64,000 nucleotides of DNA from Lytechinus pictus (taxonomy: Eukaryota): positions 18,724,001 to 18,788,000 of the forward strand of contig NC_087253.1 in the NCBI RefSeq assembly GCF_037042905.1, read 5' to 3'. The notes below the pieces were generated by a model, which was given only the letters and a program-made list of their open reading frames with translations, was not told the DNA's origin and did no database searches. Position numbers and translations under genes: made by a program. Positions within the stretch are counted from its first letter, which is position 1, and each line of letters begins with the position of its first letter. Below, one piece after another: positions 26,101 through 41,100 of the stretch.

Positions 26101-29100
26101 CATTATGCATTTTACTTCATATTGCCATAGCGCACTCCCCCAGAGGATAAAGGAATATAAAACATATACATGAACAACATAATGTCAAGCTTATGACAAC
26201 GGCCTTTTTAAGATTAACTTTTTGAAGGAACGAAACATTTTCTGTTATAAAATGGCCCTAGAATTCGTACATTTTTTCGTAAATGCCTCGTTTTAATCTT
26301 TATCAGACTTACGATCATCTTACAATTTATCTAGTCGCAAGATGGTCGTATGGCTTTCTCAATCCATTCGTAAAAAGATTTACCTTACAGTTGCACAAAT
26401 TATGAGTCATTTACTAACGCCTTGCAAATGCCAAGAGTCGTTCGTAAGAGGGACGTACGAATCTCCGGTCATACAGCGTTCTTGCAAACGCCGTAAGACC
26501 CCTCTATGAATATCTTAAGGCATTCTAACGAAAATAATTATAATTTAAGGCTTCTCGAATGTTATATATCTCGACCCTACAAAATCTTGTGTGGGACTTA
26601 CGACGTTTTAAGACTTTCGTCAGGTAGGCTAACGAAGAGAGGGTTTCGCACGACGTTGAATAATATCTTGGCCAAGACCATCGGCCAAGCTGCGAACTTA
26701 GTAACAGTCTATAAACGGTATGTGAACGCTGGTTTCGTACGGCCTTTCTGAGAAGATCTTACGAAATGGTATCAAGTCGTTCGTACTGCGTTCGTAGTAG
26801 TTCTTGATAGTATATGTATATAAGCAGCTGGTCTACTTCTTTGAGTGTTTCACCTTATGTACTAAACTGGTTTTATCTTCAATCAATTTGGTCTATTTGC
26901 CGTTAAGAGCCCAGTACACTTGAACTAATACCCACTTAGTCCAATTCAGGTTCCAGCTTATACCATGATGTCCCAGTTTTCATTTCGTCTCCATTCTCTT
27001 CACTTGTCTAATTAATATTTAGTTCATACTCTCTTCATTTAACCGTATTGAATAAGTCTTGCTAGACCAAGATATTATACGAAATGAGAATTGCCTAGCT
27101 TGAAAATGGGCGAAATCTTAAATCGGCTTAAAGGAATTCAGACGAAATTGTTGATGGGCAAACTGTTTGTAGACGAAATAGGACTAGGGATGAGACCAAG
27201 CGGAAAATAGACCAAGCGGGTATAGACCAATTGGCAATTTACCTATGCATCTGGTATAACGAAAATCAGCAAACGACTGGAATATTGAACATGGGCACTC
27301 ATCGGCTATTTGAAGTCGGATCGGCAAGGATGGAAACAGAGTCTCAATGTCCTCTTGGTACCAATTGTCGCAGAACTGAGCAGAATTGACAAACGTGCTT
27401 GGGTTGTTGTCGAGACGGTAAATAAGTACTCCCTGGAAAGGGGAAAAATATCGGAATATGTTGACTACGTTATCATGTCCAGTTTATGACGTCACAGTCG
27501 CATGGACGAAACCGAGTCGAGGTTGACCAAATCTATTCCATTTTTTCCAATGTCAAGTCATTATATCGAAACAAGGCGTTAAAACATTTGCTGTATAATT
27601 GTTTTTCTCAATGGGATATCATGAATATTTCACTCGTCAAGACTAATTTTAAACTAGTGCCGATTATGCAATATTCCCTATCTCGTGGAATATTTCTGAT
27701 ATCCAACTCTGAGACATTCAATATAATGTAAGTATTTACCTCAGTTCCTGAGATCGACCCGATGTTCAGGTCTGGTCTGTAGCTTTCGCTCTTAAACTCA
27801 GCTGAGAAGCGATTAGATCTTGTGTACTTGGCGTTGAAGCCGATAATAACCTCCACTTCCTTCGTAAGCTGAATCCAGTTGAAACTGCCTATTTCATAGA
27901 GCATGAGCACCCCTGTTCTTGCTCCGTTAGTAAAAACTATCGCCTGGTACGTCACATTCTGTGAGTTCAAATTAATACATATTATAAGACGGTTGAATGA
28001 GAACAGTTAAAAGCCTGTTCATAGAGTATAATCATCCCTTTTCTCACAGACAGTAAAAACTATCACCTGATACGTCACAGTTTGTGAGTTCAAATCAATA
28101 CATACTGAAAAATGGTTAAAGATATTTAGAGACAATTAAAAGCCCATGTAATCGAACATTAGCACCGCTGTTGTTGCTTCGCTAGTAAAAAAAGAAAGAA
28201 GAAAAAAGACTTATTAACTGATACGTCACCACATATTGAGCTCACATAAGTACATACTGCAATATGATATCATATAGTATGTGTCAGTTTGTTCAATTAC
28301 CTTCCGAGCAGGGGTTCAAACGGCGTTTTTCTTTAGAACCCTATTTTACACCGCGGGGGTACTTAGTGGATCACAAATGATAGGTTTTTCTGGAGGAAAC
28401 TAATATTCTTGCTCGGTTATTTGAATAAATTACCCGCATTGATTCAGTATCATATTTTAACATTTTGGCGAATTTAAAATAATACACTTGTTAAAAACCA
28501 CAAATTTTCTCACTCGGTCGTTTTTCTCACTCGCACACATAAATTCGTTTTGGAGTCTTTTGTCGGCCTTTTATAGTGAAAGTTAAAAAAATGTAAATGT
28601 AAAGCAAACGTTGAGGCAAACTTACTTCTACTCCAGGAACAGTATCAGGAGGCTGAAAGTTCTCCCACGTGACCAAGACAGCGGTGGTTAAGGTGTCAAT
28701 GACGTCATTGTTCTCTATGCCCCAGGGCCTTGCATCGAGTGATCTCAGTCTGTCTCTCAGAGCTGAGAAAAACTCTACATCAGTACTGCTTTCGAAGACC
28801 TTTGAATGGGAAATGAATTGTCAACAGATATAGACAATAGACTCAGATAGAATATTAAACAATTATTCAGAGCATACCACCCCTGATAAACATACAGCAC
28901 TGTTCATCTTTTTTTTTTATCATGCCATGAAGACGTCATTTATATTTGTATGCATATTTTTTGTGGTCATAATAATGATGATAATGACAACAACAACAAC
29001 ATCAAATAATAAGAGTAATAATGATAATAACAGTTAGAATCATGATAATTTCTTTACCCTCTTAATAAGAACACAGTGTAAATACATTATGTGATCACAC

Positions 29101-32100
29101 TGTTGGTAAGAACACTGTGCGATATAGTGTGTTCACATGATGGACTATGTGAAGATGTGACTCACACCGTTTACATACATGTACAGCAATCTTATTACAG
29201 TGTGAAGAACACTTCTGTGGACAATCCTAGTGTGAGTGTTCACGGTGTGTTCACATAGAGGACTATGTGAAGATGCTGTCCACACCGTCAAAATACTAAA
29301 ATCTAATAGTGTGAAGATACTTTCACACTGTTCCACACTATTTCACACTGTGGTATTCTGTGTTCTTTGCAGCATTGTGGGTATTAAATGTCTTCACAAT
29401 GTGTTGCACTCGGTAATTTAATCATAGGGCACTGTAATATTTCAGCAGGCTAGTTACAAAAAGGTTTCACACTGTCGATACCTCTACACTGTAGAGTTTT
29501 TACAAGGCGATCATGGCATCAAATATACTATGTGAAGATGCGGTTCACGCTACTAAAAATGTTCATTTATCAATGTGAGGGTAATTTTTACAAGGTTTTC
29601 TACAGTGGGACAACGGTTTTACCCCTAGAGGATAGTGATAAAGTGGTTTCACACTGTGAACACCTCTGAGTGTACGCAGTGTGTTCACATAGTTCACAAT
29701 CATGTGAAAATGCTCCACGCTCTGGGACACTGTTCTTTCCAACAAGGTTGATTTAAAGTGGTCCTGGTGGGTGTTTCGTAAAGCTGTTCGTAAGTTAAGA
29801 ACGACTTTAAGAACGACCGGTGAACCTTTCTCATGCGCTAACTAATCACCGATGAACATATGGTGAACATCATTTACTACAAGGAAGGATCACCGGTCGT
29901 TCTTAAAGTCGCTCTTAACTTACAAACAGCTTTATGGAACGGCCCCCTGGTAGGTGTTTCATCAAGACATGTGTATGTTACGAATGACTTTACCATGCAC
30001 GACAGGAGATCCTTTATTGTGCTAAATTATCATTCCTATGTAGCTGCCTTAGCATTTTAGAACACGTTCCATCGTGCGTAAAGTAGCGCGTAAGGTTACG
30101 AACATCTTTATGAAACACACACCAAGGGTCTGTTGCAGAAAGACTTGCGTTTAAACGCAAGTCAAAAAAATCAATCGCAAGTCCAAAATGCGCGCTGTTG
30201 ATTGGTAGAAAATAAAGTTACGCATGATTTTTAGAGTTGCGATTGATTGCAACTCTTTGTGCAACGGGCCCCTGATATACAATCGGAAATTCTATGATTC
30301 AACTTGTACCTGGTGATAAATACTTGGACTTCCCAGCGATGTGTCCACAGTGGCACCGAACACCGCTACAGCAGGGTCGATTTGGGAAGAAAACCGATCG
30401 AGTTCTGTGAAGCGAGATGGGTTGGTGTATTTCGCCAGGGCAAGGCTTGTAGGAGGCCTCTTGGAAAAGTGAATCATCCCCGTTGTAGTAACCTGGATAA
30501 GGAATACAAATGATTAATGTACCATAGGACTATCATTATACTGCCATATTTCCAGAACTGAACCACATATGGGCGATTCCATACGTGTCGTACGAGACAT
30601 TTTGTCAACAATTTCTTGTCTCTCGGCTGATTGCTTGAGCAATGAAAAATTATTTTTGGTCAATAATAAAGTTATATTGGGCAGTCATGTGAAAACTGAT
30701 TACCAACAAAAAATATTTTATTAGGGCTAAATTAAGGGCGAAAATGTTGTGTGTCGTACGGGACTCAGAAATGTCCCGTACGACACGCAACATTTTCACC
30801 TCTAATTCACCCATGGACAGCATATTTTTGTTGGTTGTCATTTTTTTCATATGTTTACCCAGTAGTACTCTATTATTATTGTTGGTTGTCATTTTTTCAT
30901 ATGTCTACCCAGTAGTACTCTATTATTACCGCAAAACAAATTGAAGTTCTTCGTTTGTTTGGAAAATAGGTTGAAAAATGTTGCGAAAATAGCTGATTTT
31001 TCTAGCATGGAATCGCCCATATGGCAGTCGTTCTTTCAGGGAGCAATACAAAACTGAATTCCATGTCCTCTTCTTGTAACCTCACAGTTATTTTCCTTTC
31101 GTAGTCCGATGAAGATAGTGGCTAAATCTCCCCCGAGATTTAGATTGAATATTGTAAATAAACAGTAAATAAACTGTAGATAGTAAGAGAAAGGATGTAT
31201 GCTTCACTCGTTCCACATTTAGAAGTTTGCAAGAATCTTCAATTTTGAAGGAGGCAGACATACATGACATAACCAGATAAAGAGGAGGAAGAGGAGGGGT
31301 TAACGAAGATAAGGGAAATTGAAGAAGAGGTAGAAGAAAAAGGAGGAGAAACAGAAGAAGAAGAAGAAGAAAAAGAAAAATTGGGAGGAGGAAAAGGAGG
31401 AGGAGGAGGAGAAGAAGAAGAAGAAGTATAAGAAGAAGAAAAAGAAAGAACAAGAGGAAGGAGGACAAAACAAGAATTAGCCTTTGATCTTTGTTTATTG
31501 ACATAGGCAAAACGAGACGGGTGCCAGGATAGGCATGGCAAGCATGTCTAGCAATGATCGATGTTTAAAGGTCAAGTCCACCCCAGAAAAATGTTGATTT
31601 GAATAAATAGAGAAAAATCTAAACAATCATTATGCTGAAAATTTCATCAAAATCGGATATAAAATAAGAAAGTTATCACATTTTAAATTTTCGCTTATTT
31701 TGTACAAAACAGTGATATGCACAACTCAGTGACATGCAAATGAGACAGTCGATGATGTCCACCACTCACTATTTCTTTTGTTTTTTATTGTTTGAATTAT
31801 ACAATATTTCATTTTTTACAGATTTGACAATAAGGACCAACTTGATTGAAACATATAGTATTAAACAATGTTAATTACATATGTTCAGGGAGGAATTAAA
31901 GGAGAATGAAACTCTTGGAGCAAATAAGCTTTTGTGAAAGTAGAAAAATCAAAGAATAAGATCAACAAAAGTTGGAGTAAAATAGGACTAGCAATAGAAG
32001 AGTTATGAGCATTTGAATGTCGAGATCACTAATGCTATGGAGATCCTCCTATTGGCAATGCGACCAAGACCTATGATGTCACAGATGAACAACTCTCCCC

Positions 32101-35100
32101 TTTTGGACACTGAAAATATACCCCAAAACATCTCTTTTTGCTCATTCTAATCATATGACAAACGATTCATCAATGATATAATGTTGTGAAACCTCTGTAC
32201 TTGTCCTCTCATAAAGAGAACACCTCACCTTGTGATAGACTCTATAAAAGTGAGAATATAAGCGAAATAAGTACTAAAGTAATGAGGGAGTTGTACGTGT
32301 GTGACATCACAGATCTTGGTCGCATTGCCAATTGGAGGATCTACATGGCATTAGTGATCTCAATATTCAAATGCTCATAAATTTCTTATTATTCATTCAA
32401 TCTTCCTCAAACTTTCAACAATATGTTTCTTTGATTTTTCTCTTTGATATGGATTCAGCTGGTTTCAAGGGTTTCATTCTCCTTTAATCGTTTAACACGA
32501 CAACAGGGAGAAAATTTGAATATTTCATATAATAAAATACAAACGAAATAGTGAGTGAGTGATGTCATCAGTCTCCTCATTTGCATACCTACAAGGATGT
32601 GAATATAACTGTTTTGTGAAATTTATCGAAACTTTAAAATGTCATAACTTTCTTATTATACATCCGATTTTGATGAAATTTTCAGTGTTACGCATGTTGG
32701 ATTTTTCTCTTTTTATTTTAATCAACTTTTTGTTGGGGTGAACTTGTCCTTTAAGTACTAGTTTTCTGCTTATAGCACTTGGGCTGCGTTTATGCGACCT
32801 CAAGTCAGAATCATGATTCGAATCATGATTTTAATCATGATTCAAAACACAAACATGAATCACAATACCACAGAGTCAGCGTTCAGACGACCTTCATTTT
32901 AAAGCTGTTTTTCCTCGGATTCGGACCGATCCAGTGCGCATCACAGTGCGCAGTTTGACAGAGGAAGTTAGGTCAACTTTTTTCGCACGTGTTTTGGCTC
33001 CCGAAAAATCAATCCTGTACCTTCCGAATCCAGTCTATTATACCACAATTTGTTTACCTATTATTCTTCTTGTCGGTTTATCGAAAATTGTGTTCGGATG
33101 TAAATTTTAGCGTAGATCCAATTTCATATTGACACTTGTTAACTCAACAACAATTGATATCATTGTCTGTTCAGTTAGTTCATTTACTAGTTCACTTGAA
33201 GTTGAAGACATGACAAAAAAAAGATGAAAAGAAGTGGACGATGCGATGCCCAACACGAAAAGCATGCATATCATATTATGTATAAATGCACTGAGCATAT
33301 AGCGCGTCTTGAGCTTGGCAAGAGTCAAACCTAAAGTAGCCCGACACAATGACGTCATAGAATCATGATTGTAATCACGATATCGTTTATTCGAACATTT
33401 TCGTACGTGATTCTGCAGAAACGTCTTTCCAAACGCCCCTTTTTTCGTGTTTCATGTTTGTGATTCTAATCATGATTATATTCAATTTCGACTAAACGCA
33501 ATCGTGATTCTGCAGAATCATGATTTGAATCATGATTCAGATCATGATTCTAGGGTTAAAAAGTGGCGGATAAACGCACCCTTGAAGACTCACCAGAAAA
33601 ATGGCAGCAAATGAATTCCCGAAAAATACATTAAATGAAAGGTGCCAGTTTTGCCTGTGATATGTGCTAACTAAATGCATGGCCTAAGCAATTTTTTAAA
33701 TATTTATTAGGGGGCAGGTAAATGAGTTCTCAAAACATTATATTAACAATCATTATAAAGAACAACATCTCCCTCCATAACAGTAATGTTCGTGAAATTC
33801 AATCGGTAATAATTTCTTATTGGATAGTGCGTCCTACAAGAAGGAAATCGATTTTCAGAGATAAATCTCACATTTATTAAATATATTTTAACAAAAAAAA
33901 ATACTATAAATTTGATGCTAATGTTAAGAGTGGAATCTCGTCATTAAGTTGACACCAACAGCGTAGCTAATCGTTCACGCACAGCAGATTGCAATGCAAA
34001 CTACAGTGAATATTGAAGCATATCTGAAACGATTTGCGTAGGAACTACATGTGAATCTGAATCCACTCTCCTTTTGGGGATCAGTGGGAGAAACTTAACA
34101 AAGAATACGAAATAAATGCTAATGAGCCAACCGTCGAATAAGCACGGTCGTCGTTTCACGCACCACTCTTGTCCAATCATTCTGCGAAACCTGATTTTGA
34201 CATTAAAAATTCAAACTCGTCTCGTTCATTAATGCGTGAGATGATCCTCCCATATTAGGTATCAAAACATCAAGAGTTATAACTGAATTTTGTAATGATC
34301 TACATGAGATATTATAATTAATTTGCCTTTATATAAAAAAAATACATGAGATTATCGGCCTGCTTATTCTGGAACGAACTGTATATTAAATTTTACCCAA
34401 GTGCTTGTTTATTTACTTCATTCTTTGATTTGATTGGTTCTAATGGTTTCGTTTTCATATAAAGGTTTTGCGATTTGCTCCAATCACGCCATCAAAACCG
34501 ACCAAAAACGATTAATGGTATATCGTTAGTAGTGACGTAATAAACATAGAGAGCGTCAACATTTTGCCAGAGCCATTAATTAAAGGAGGTGCCGTGGCCG
34601 AGTGGTCTAAGGTGCTTGATAGGAGGTCCGAGGATCGGGGGTTCGATCCCCGACACGGCACTTGTGCCCTTGAGCAAGGCATTTTATCCACATTGCTATT
34701 TTACCGTACATCAAATAAAGGAAAACGCTTTATGCATTATGAATACCAATGTGTGGACTTGTTAAAAAAATTAATAAAAATAATGGCTCCGTACTTTGCA
34801 AAGTGTTAACGCCTTCTACGTTCCTTGTGTTAGACTTAGGTTAAAGGCTCTGGAAGTTTCAGAGTAGATACTTAGCTGCTGTGATATGATTAGATATTGA
34901 ACTTACCGTTAAATAGTAGTATAATTCATTACTGCCAATGGGTAATCCTAATCTTATGTAGACGGTTCTGTAATCAAGCGAGTTAGGTTGAAATATCGTC
35001 TCTCTTGTCGCAATTCCATTTTCAAAATACAGAGGAATAAACGGTACTGAAAATATAAAAAGTTAAAAAAGTTATCTGACATGGTTAAATAATAATAATG

Positions 35101-38100
35101 ATATACATGTATGTGATTTGTAATGAGCCAAATCCACTCGACAGAGTGCCCAAGGCGCAGTGAAAGAAAGAAAGAAAAAAGTACAAATATAATATTAATA
35201 GATTCAGGAACAAATAAATATCAAAGGACGTGTCCACCCCAGAAAAGTTGACATTAAAAGAGAAAAATGGTAATGCTGAAAATGTCATCAAAATCGGATT
35301 AAAAGTATTAAAAAAAGTTTTGAGTTTTGAAGTTGTATGCACAACTTGAAAGACCCGGCGTCATGCACTCACTATTAATTTTGTATTTTCTTACATGAAG
35401 CACATGTTTGCACATCTGATCCGCAGGAAATGAAATATTCTAGTAATCATATATCATAATACAAAATTAATAGTGAGCTGGGAACAAGTCACTGCGTTGA
35501 GCATATAGCTGTTTTATAAAGAAAATAGGCGAGACCTGTATATATTTTACGTCCGATTTTGACAACATTTTAAGCATTATGCTTGTTTGATTTTTTTCCA
35601 TCATGGATGGATCTGACCTTTAACATTGTTAATTACAGCTCCACATAATAAAAGTAGACTTTATGATCAGACTATGAACACACTCTGTGGTGATGTGCTC
35701 AGCAAGTAAAATCTTTGAAAACAAATTTCATGTTATTAAAGTAAAATGTGACCAACCAACTGTAGCTTATCAACTAAAGTATAGATTTATCAATATACCG
35801 TATATTTTTCATCAAAACCTTTTTTTTCAATTAACATTTATCTTTTTTCTCGTATCCGTTTAAAGTAATTTTGACTATTAGCATAAAAAATTACAAAAAT
35901 ATTTATATGAGGTAACATTGCATACAAGTAAAGCTTATAAACAACAGAGGCTGTGGTTATTTTCTTTCACATTTATTTATCAACTTGACAATCATACCTG
36001 CTGTTGTTGTAACTGGTGTCGGTGTTGGTTCAATTACTGTTGTTGATATAGGTGTTGTCATCGGAGTAGTTGATGCCATGGTTGTCATACTAGGTGTCGA
36101 CGATGGTTCCGTTGTTGCTGCTGTTGTTGTTGGTTCCACTACAGTTGTTGTTGAAGTAATAGGGGTTGTCATTGGATCTATTGATGATGTTGCTGTCGTC
36201 AGTAGGGTTGGACTGGATGAAGCCATTGATGTTGTCTCAGTAGTTGAAATAGCAGATGAATATGATGTTGATTCAATGGAATAGGTGGAAGTTTGTACTA
36301 CTGACGTAGCTTCAGTGCTTGACATTAAAGAAGGTGTCGTTGATGTTGTTTCAATTGTTGAAGTGATAGATGGTGTCATTGATGATGTCCCTAAGGTAGA
36401 AGTAATAGATGGTGTGATTGATGTTGTTTCAATGTATGAAGTAATAGTTGGGGTCATTGATGATGACCCGAAGGATGAAGTGATAGATGGTACCATTGAT
36501 GATGACCCTAAGGATGAAGTGATAGATGGTGTCATTGATGTTGTTTCAATGTATGAAGTGATATATGGTATCATTGATGATGACCCTACGGATGAAGTGG
36601 TAGATGGTGTCATTGATGATGACCCTAGAGATGAAGTGATAGATGGTATCATTGATGATGACCCTAAGGATGAAGTGATAGATGGTATCATTGATGATGA
36701 CCCTAAGGATGAAGTGGTAGATGGTGTCATTGATGATGACCCTAAGGTTGAAGTAATATATGGTGTCATTGATGTTGTTTCAATGTATGAAGTGATCATT
36801 GAGGATGACACTTGAGATGAAATAACAGATTGTGTCATTGATGATGATCCCAAGGATGAGGTAATAGATGATGGGATCGATGTTGTTTCAATGTATGAAG
36901 TAAAAGATGGGGTCATTGATGATGACCCTAAGGATGAAGTGATAGATGGTATCATTGATGATGACCCTAAGGATGAAGTGATAGATGGTGTCATTGATGT
37001 TGTTTCAGTGTATGAAGTGATAGATGGTATCATTGATGATGACCCTAAGGATAAAGTGATAGATGGTGTCATTGATGATGACCCTAAGATTGAAGTAATA
37101 GATGGTGGGATTGATGTTGTTTCAATGTATGAAGTAAAAGATGGTGTGATTGATGATGACTCCAAGGATGAAGTGATAGACGGTGTCATTGATGATGGCC
37201 CTAAGGATGAAGTGATAGATGGTGTCATTGATGATGACCCCAAGGATGAAGTGATAGATGGTGTCATTGATGATGACCCTAAGGTTGAAGTGATAGATGG
37301 TGTCATTGATGATGACCCTAAGATTGAAGTAATAGATGGTGGGATTGATGTTGTTTCAATGTATGAAGTAAAAGATGGTGTGATTGATGATGACCCCAAG
37401 GATGAAGTGATAGATGATGTCATTGATGATGGCCCTAAGGATGAAATGATGGATGGTGCCATTGATGATGACCCCAAGGATGAAGTGATAGATGGTGTCA
37501 TTGATGATGACCCTAAGGTTGAAGTACTAGATGGTGTCATTGATGATGACCCCAAGAATGAAGTGCTAGATGTTGTCATTGATGACGACCCCAATAATGA
37601 AGTGATAGATGGTGTCATTGATGATGACCCTAAGGTTGAAGTACTAGATGGTGTCATTGATGATGACCCTAAGGTTGAAGTAATAGATGGTGTGATTGAT
37701 GCTGTTTCAATGTATGAAGTGATAGATGGTATCATTGATGATGACCCCAAGGATGAAGTGATAGATGGTGTCATTGATGATGAACCTAGAGATGAAGTGA
37801 TAGATGGTATCATTGATGTTGTTTCAGTTATTGAACTTGTAGATGTCATTAAATTTGTTTCAGTCATTGAGGTTGTAGATGGTATTATTGATGTTGTCTC
37901 AGTAATTGAAGTAGTAGATGCTGTCATTGAAGTTGTCTCAGTAATTGACGAAGTAGATTGTGTCATTGAAGATGTTTCAGTCATTGAAGTTGCAGATGGT
38001 GTCATTGAAGTTGATTCAGTTATTGAACTTGTAGATGTCATTAAATTTGTTTCAGTCATTGAGGTTGTAGATGGTATTATTGATGTTGTCTCAGTAATTG

Positions 38101-41100
38101 AAGTAGTAGATGCTGTCATTGAAGTTGTCTCAGTAATTGACGAAGTAGATTGTGTCATTGAAGATGTTTCAGTAATTGAAGTTGAAGTTGAAATTGAAGT
38201 TGTTGAAGGTATTATAGACGATGTTGCACTAATTGAATTTGTAGAAGGTGTTATAGACGTTGTCTCAGTCATTGAAGTTGTAGATGGTGTGATTGATGTT
38301 GTATCAGTGATTGTTGTCATTGATGACGACCCCAAGAATGAAGTGATAGATGGTGTCATTGATGATGACCCTAAGGTTGACGTACTAGATGGTGTCATTG
38401 ATGATGACCCTAGAGATGAGGAGATAGATGGTGTCATTGAAGATGACTCTAAGGATGAAGTGATCGATGGTGTCATTGATGATGACCCCAAGAATGAAGT
38501 GCTAGATGTTGTCATTGATGATGAACCTAGAGATGAAGTGATAGATGGTATCATTGATGTTGTTTCAGTTATTGAACTTGTAGATGTCATTAAATTTGTT
38601 TCAGTCATTGAGGTTGTAGATGGTATTATTGATGTTGTCTCAGTAATTGAAGTAGTAGATGCTGTCATTGAAGTTGTCTCAGTAATTGACGAAGTAGATT
38701 GTGTCATTGAAGATGTTTCAGTCATTGAAGTTGCAGATGGTGTCATTGAAGTTGATTCAGTTATTGAACTTGTAGATGTCATTAAATTTGTTTCAGTCAT
38801 TGAGGTTGTAGATGGTATTATTGATGTTGTCTCAGTAATTGAAGTAGTAGATGCTGTCATTGAAGTTGTCTCAGTAATTGACGAAGTAGATTGTGTCATT
38901 GAAGATGTTTCAGTAATTGAAGTTGAAGTTGAAATTGAAGTTGTTGAAGGTATTATAGACGATGTTGCACTAATTGAATTTGTAGAAGGTGTTATAGACG
39001 TTGTCTCAGTCATTGAAGTTGTAGATGGTGTGATTGATGTTGTATCAGTGATTGTTGTCATTGATGACGACCCCAAGAATGAAGTGATAGATGGTGTCAT
39101 TGATGATGACCCTAAGGTTGACGTACTAGATGGTGTCATTGATGATGACCCTAGAGATGAGGAGATAGATGGTGTCATTGAAGATGACTCTAAGGATGAA
39201 GTGATCGATGGTGTCATTGATGATGACCCGAAGAATGAAGTGCTAGATGTTGTCATTGATGACGACCCCAATAATGAAGTGATAGATGGTGTCATTGATG
39301 ATGACCCTAAGGTTGAAGTACTAGATGGTGTCATTGATGATGACCCTAAGGTTGAAGTAATAGATGGTGTGATTGATGCTGTTTCAATGTATGAAGTGAT
39401 AGATGGTATCATTGATGATGACCCCAAGGATGAAGTGATAGATGGTGTCATTGATGATGAACCTAGAGATGAAGTGATAGATGGTATCATTGATGTTGTT
39501 TCAGTTATTGAACTTGTAGATGTCATTAAATTTGTTTCAGTCATTGAGGTTGTAGATGGTATTATTGATGTTGTCTCAGTAATTGAAGTAGTAGATGCTG
39601 TCATTGAAGTTGTCTCAGTAATTGACGAAGTAGATTGTGTCATTGAAGATGTTTCAGTCATTGAAGTTGCAGATGGTGTCATTGAAGTTGATTCAGTTAT
39701 TGAACTTGTAGATGTCATTAAATTTGTTTCAGTCATTGAGGTTGTAGATGGTATTATTGATGTTGTCTCAGTAATTGAAGTAGTAGATGCTGTCATTGAA
39801 GTTGTCTCAGTAATTGACGAAGTAGATTGTGTCATTGAAGATGTTTCAGTAATTGAAGTTGAAGTTGAAATTGAAGTTGTTGAAGGTATTATAGACGATG
39901 TTGCACTAATTGAATTTGTAGAAGGTGTTATAGACGTTGTCTCAGTCATTGAAGTTGTAGATGGTGTGATTGATGTTGTATCAGTGATTGTTGTCATTGA
40001 TGACGACCCCAAGAATGAAGTGATAGATGGTGTCATTGATGATGACCCTAAGGTTGACGTACTAGATGGTGTCATTGATGATGACCCTAGAGATGAGGAG
40101 ATAGATGGTGTCATTGAAGATGACTCTAATGATGAAGTGATCGATGGTGTCATTGATGATGACCCCAAGAATGAAGTGCTAGATGTTGTCATTGATGACG
40201 ACCCCAATAATGAAGTGATAGATGGTGTCATTGATGATGACCCTAAGGTTGAAGTACTAGATGGTGTCATTGATGATGACCCTAAGGTTGAAGTAATAGA
40301 TGGTGTGATTGATGCTGTTTCAATGTATGAAGTGATAGATGGTATCATTGATGATGACCCCAAGGATGAAGTGATAGATGGTGTCATTGATGATGAACCT
40401 AGAGATGAAGTGATAGATGGTATCATTGATGTTGTTTCAGTTATTGAACTTGTAGATGTCATTAAATTTGTTTCAGTCATTGAGGTTGTAGATGGTATTA
40501 TTGATGTTGTCTCAGTAATTGAAGTAGTAGATGCTGTCATTGAAGTTGTCTCAGTAATTGACGAAGTAGATTGTGTCATTGAAGATGTTTCAGTCATTGA
40601 AGTTGCAGATGGTGTCATTGAAGTTGATTCAGTTATTGAACTTGTAGATGTCATTAAATTTGTTTCAGTCATTGAGGTTGTAGATGGTATTATTGATGTT
40701 GTCTCAGTAATTGAAGTAGTAGATGCTGTCATTGAAGTTGTCTCAGTAATTGACGAAGTAGATTGTGTCATTGAAGATGTTTCAGTAATTGAAGTTGAAG
40801 TTAAAATTGAAGTTGTTGAAGGTATTATAGACGATGTTGCACTAATTGAATTTGTAGAAGGTGTTATAGACGTTGTCTCAGTCATTGAAGTTGTAGATGG
40901 TGTGATTGATGTTGTATCAGTGATTGTTGTCATTGATGACGACCCCAAGAATGAAGTGATAGATGGTGTCATTGATGATGACCCTAAGGTTGACGTACTA
41001 GATGGTGTCATTGATGATGACCCTAGAGATGAGTAGATAGATGGTGTCATTGAAGATGACTCTAAGGATGAAGTGATCGATGGTGTCATTGATGATGACC

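Noticed and set aside
34585-34661. tRNA gene (A/B boxes and gtgccgtg/cacggcac stem); similarly 23134-23205
   Set aside because: No convincing anticodon arm or oligo-T terminator; each continues into a SINE body.
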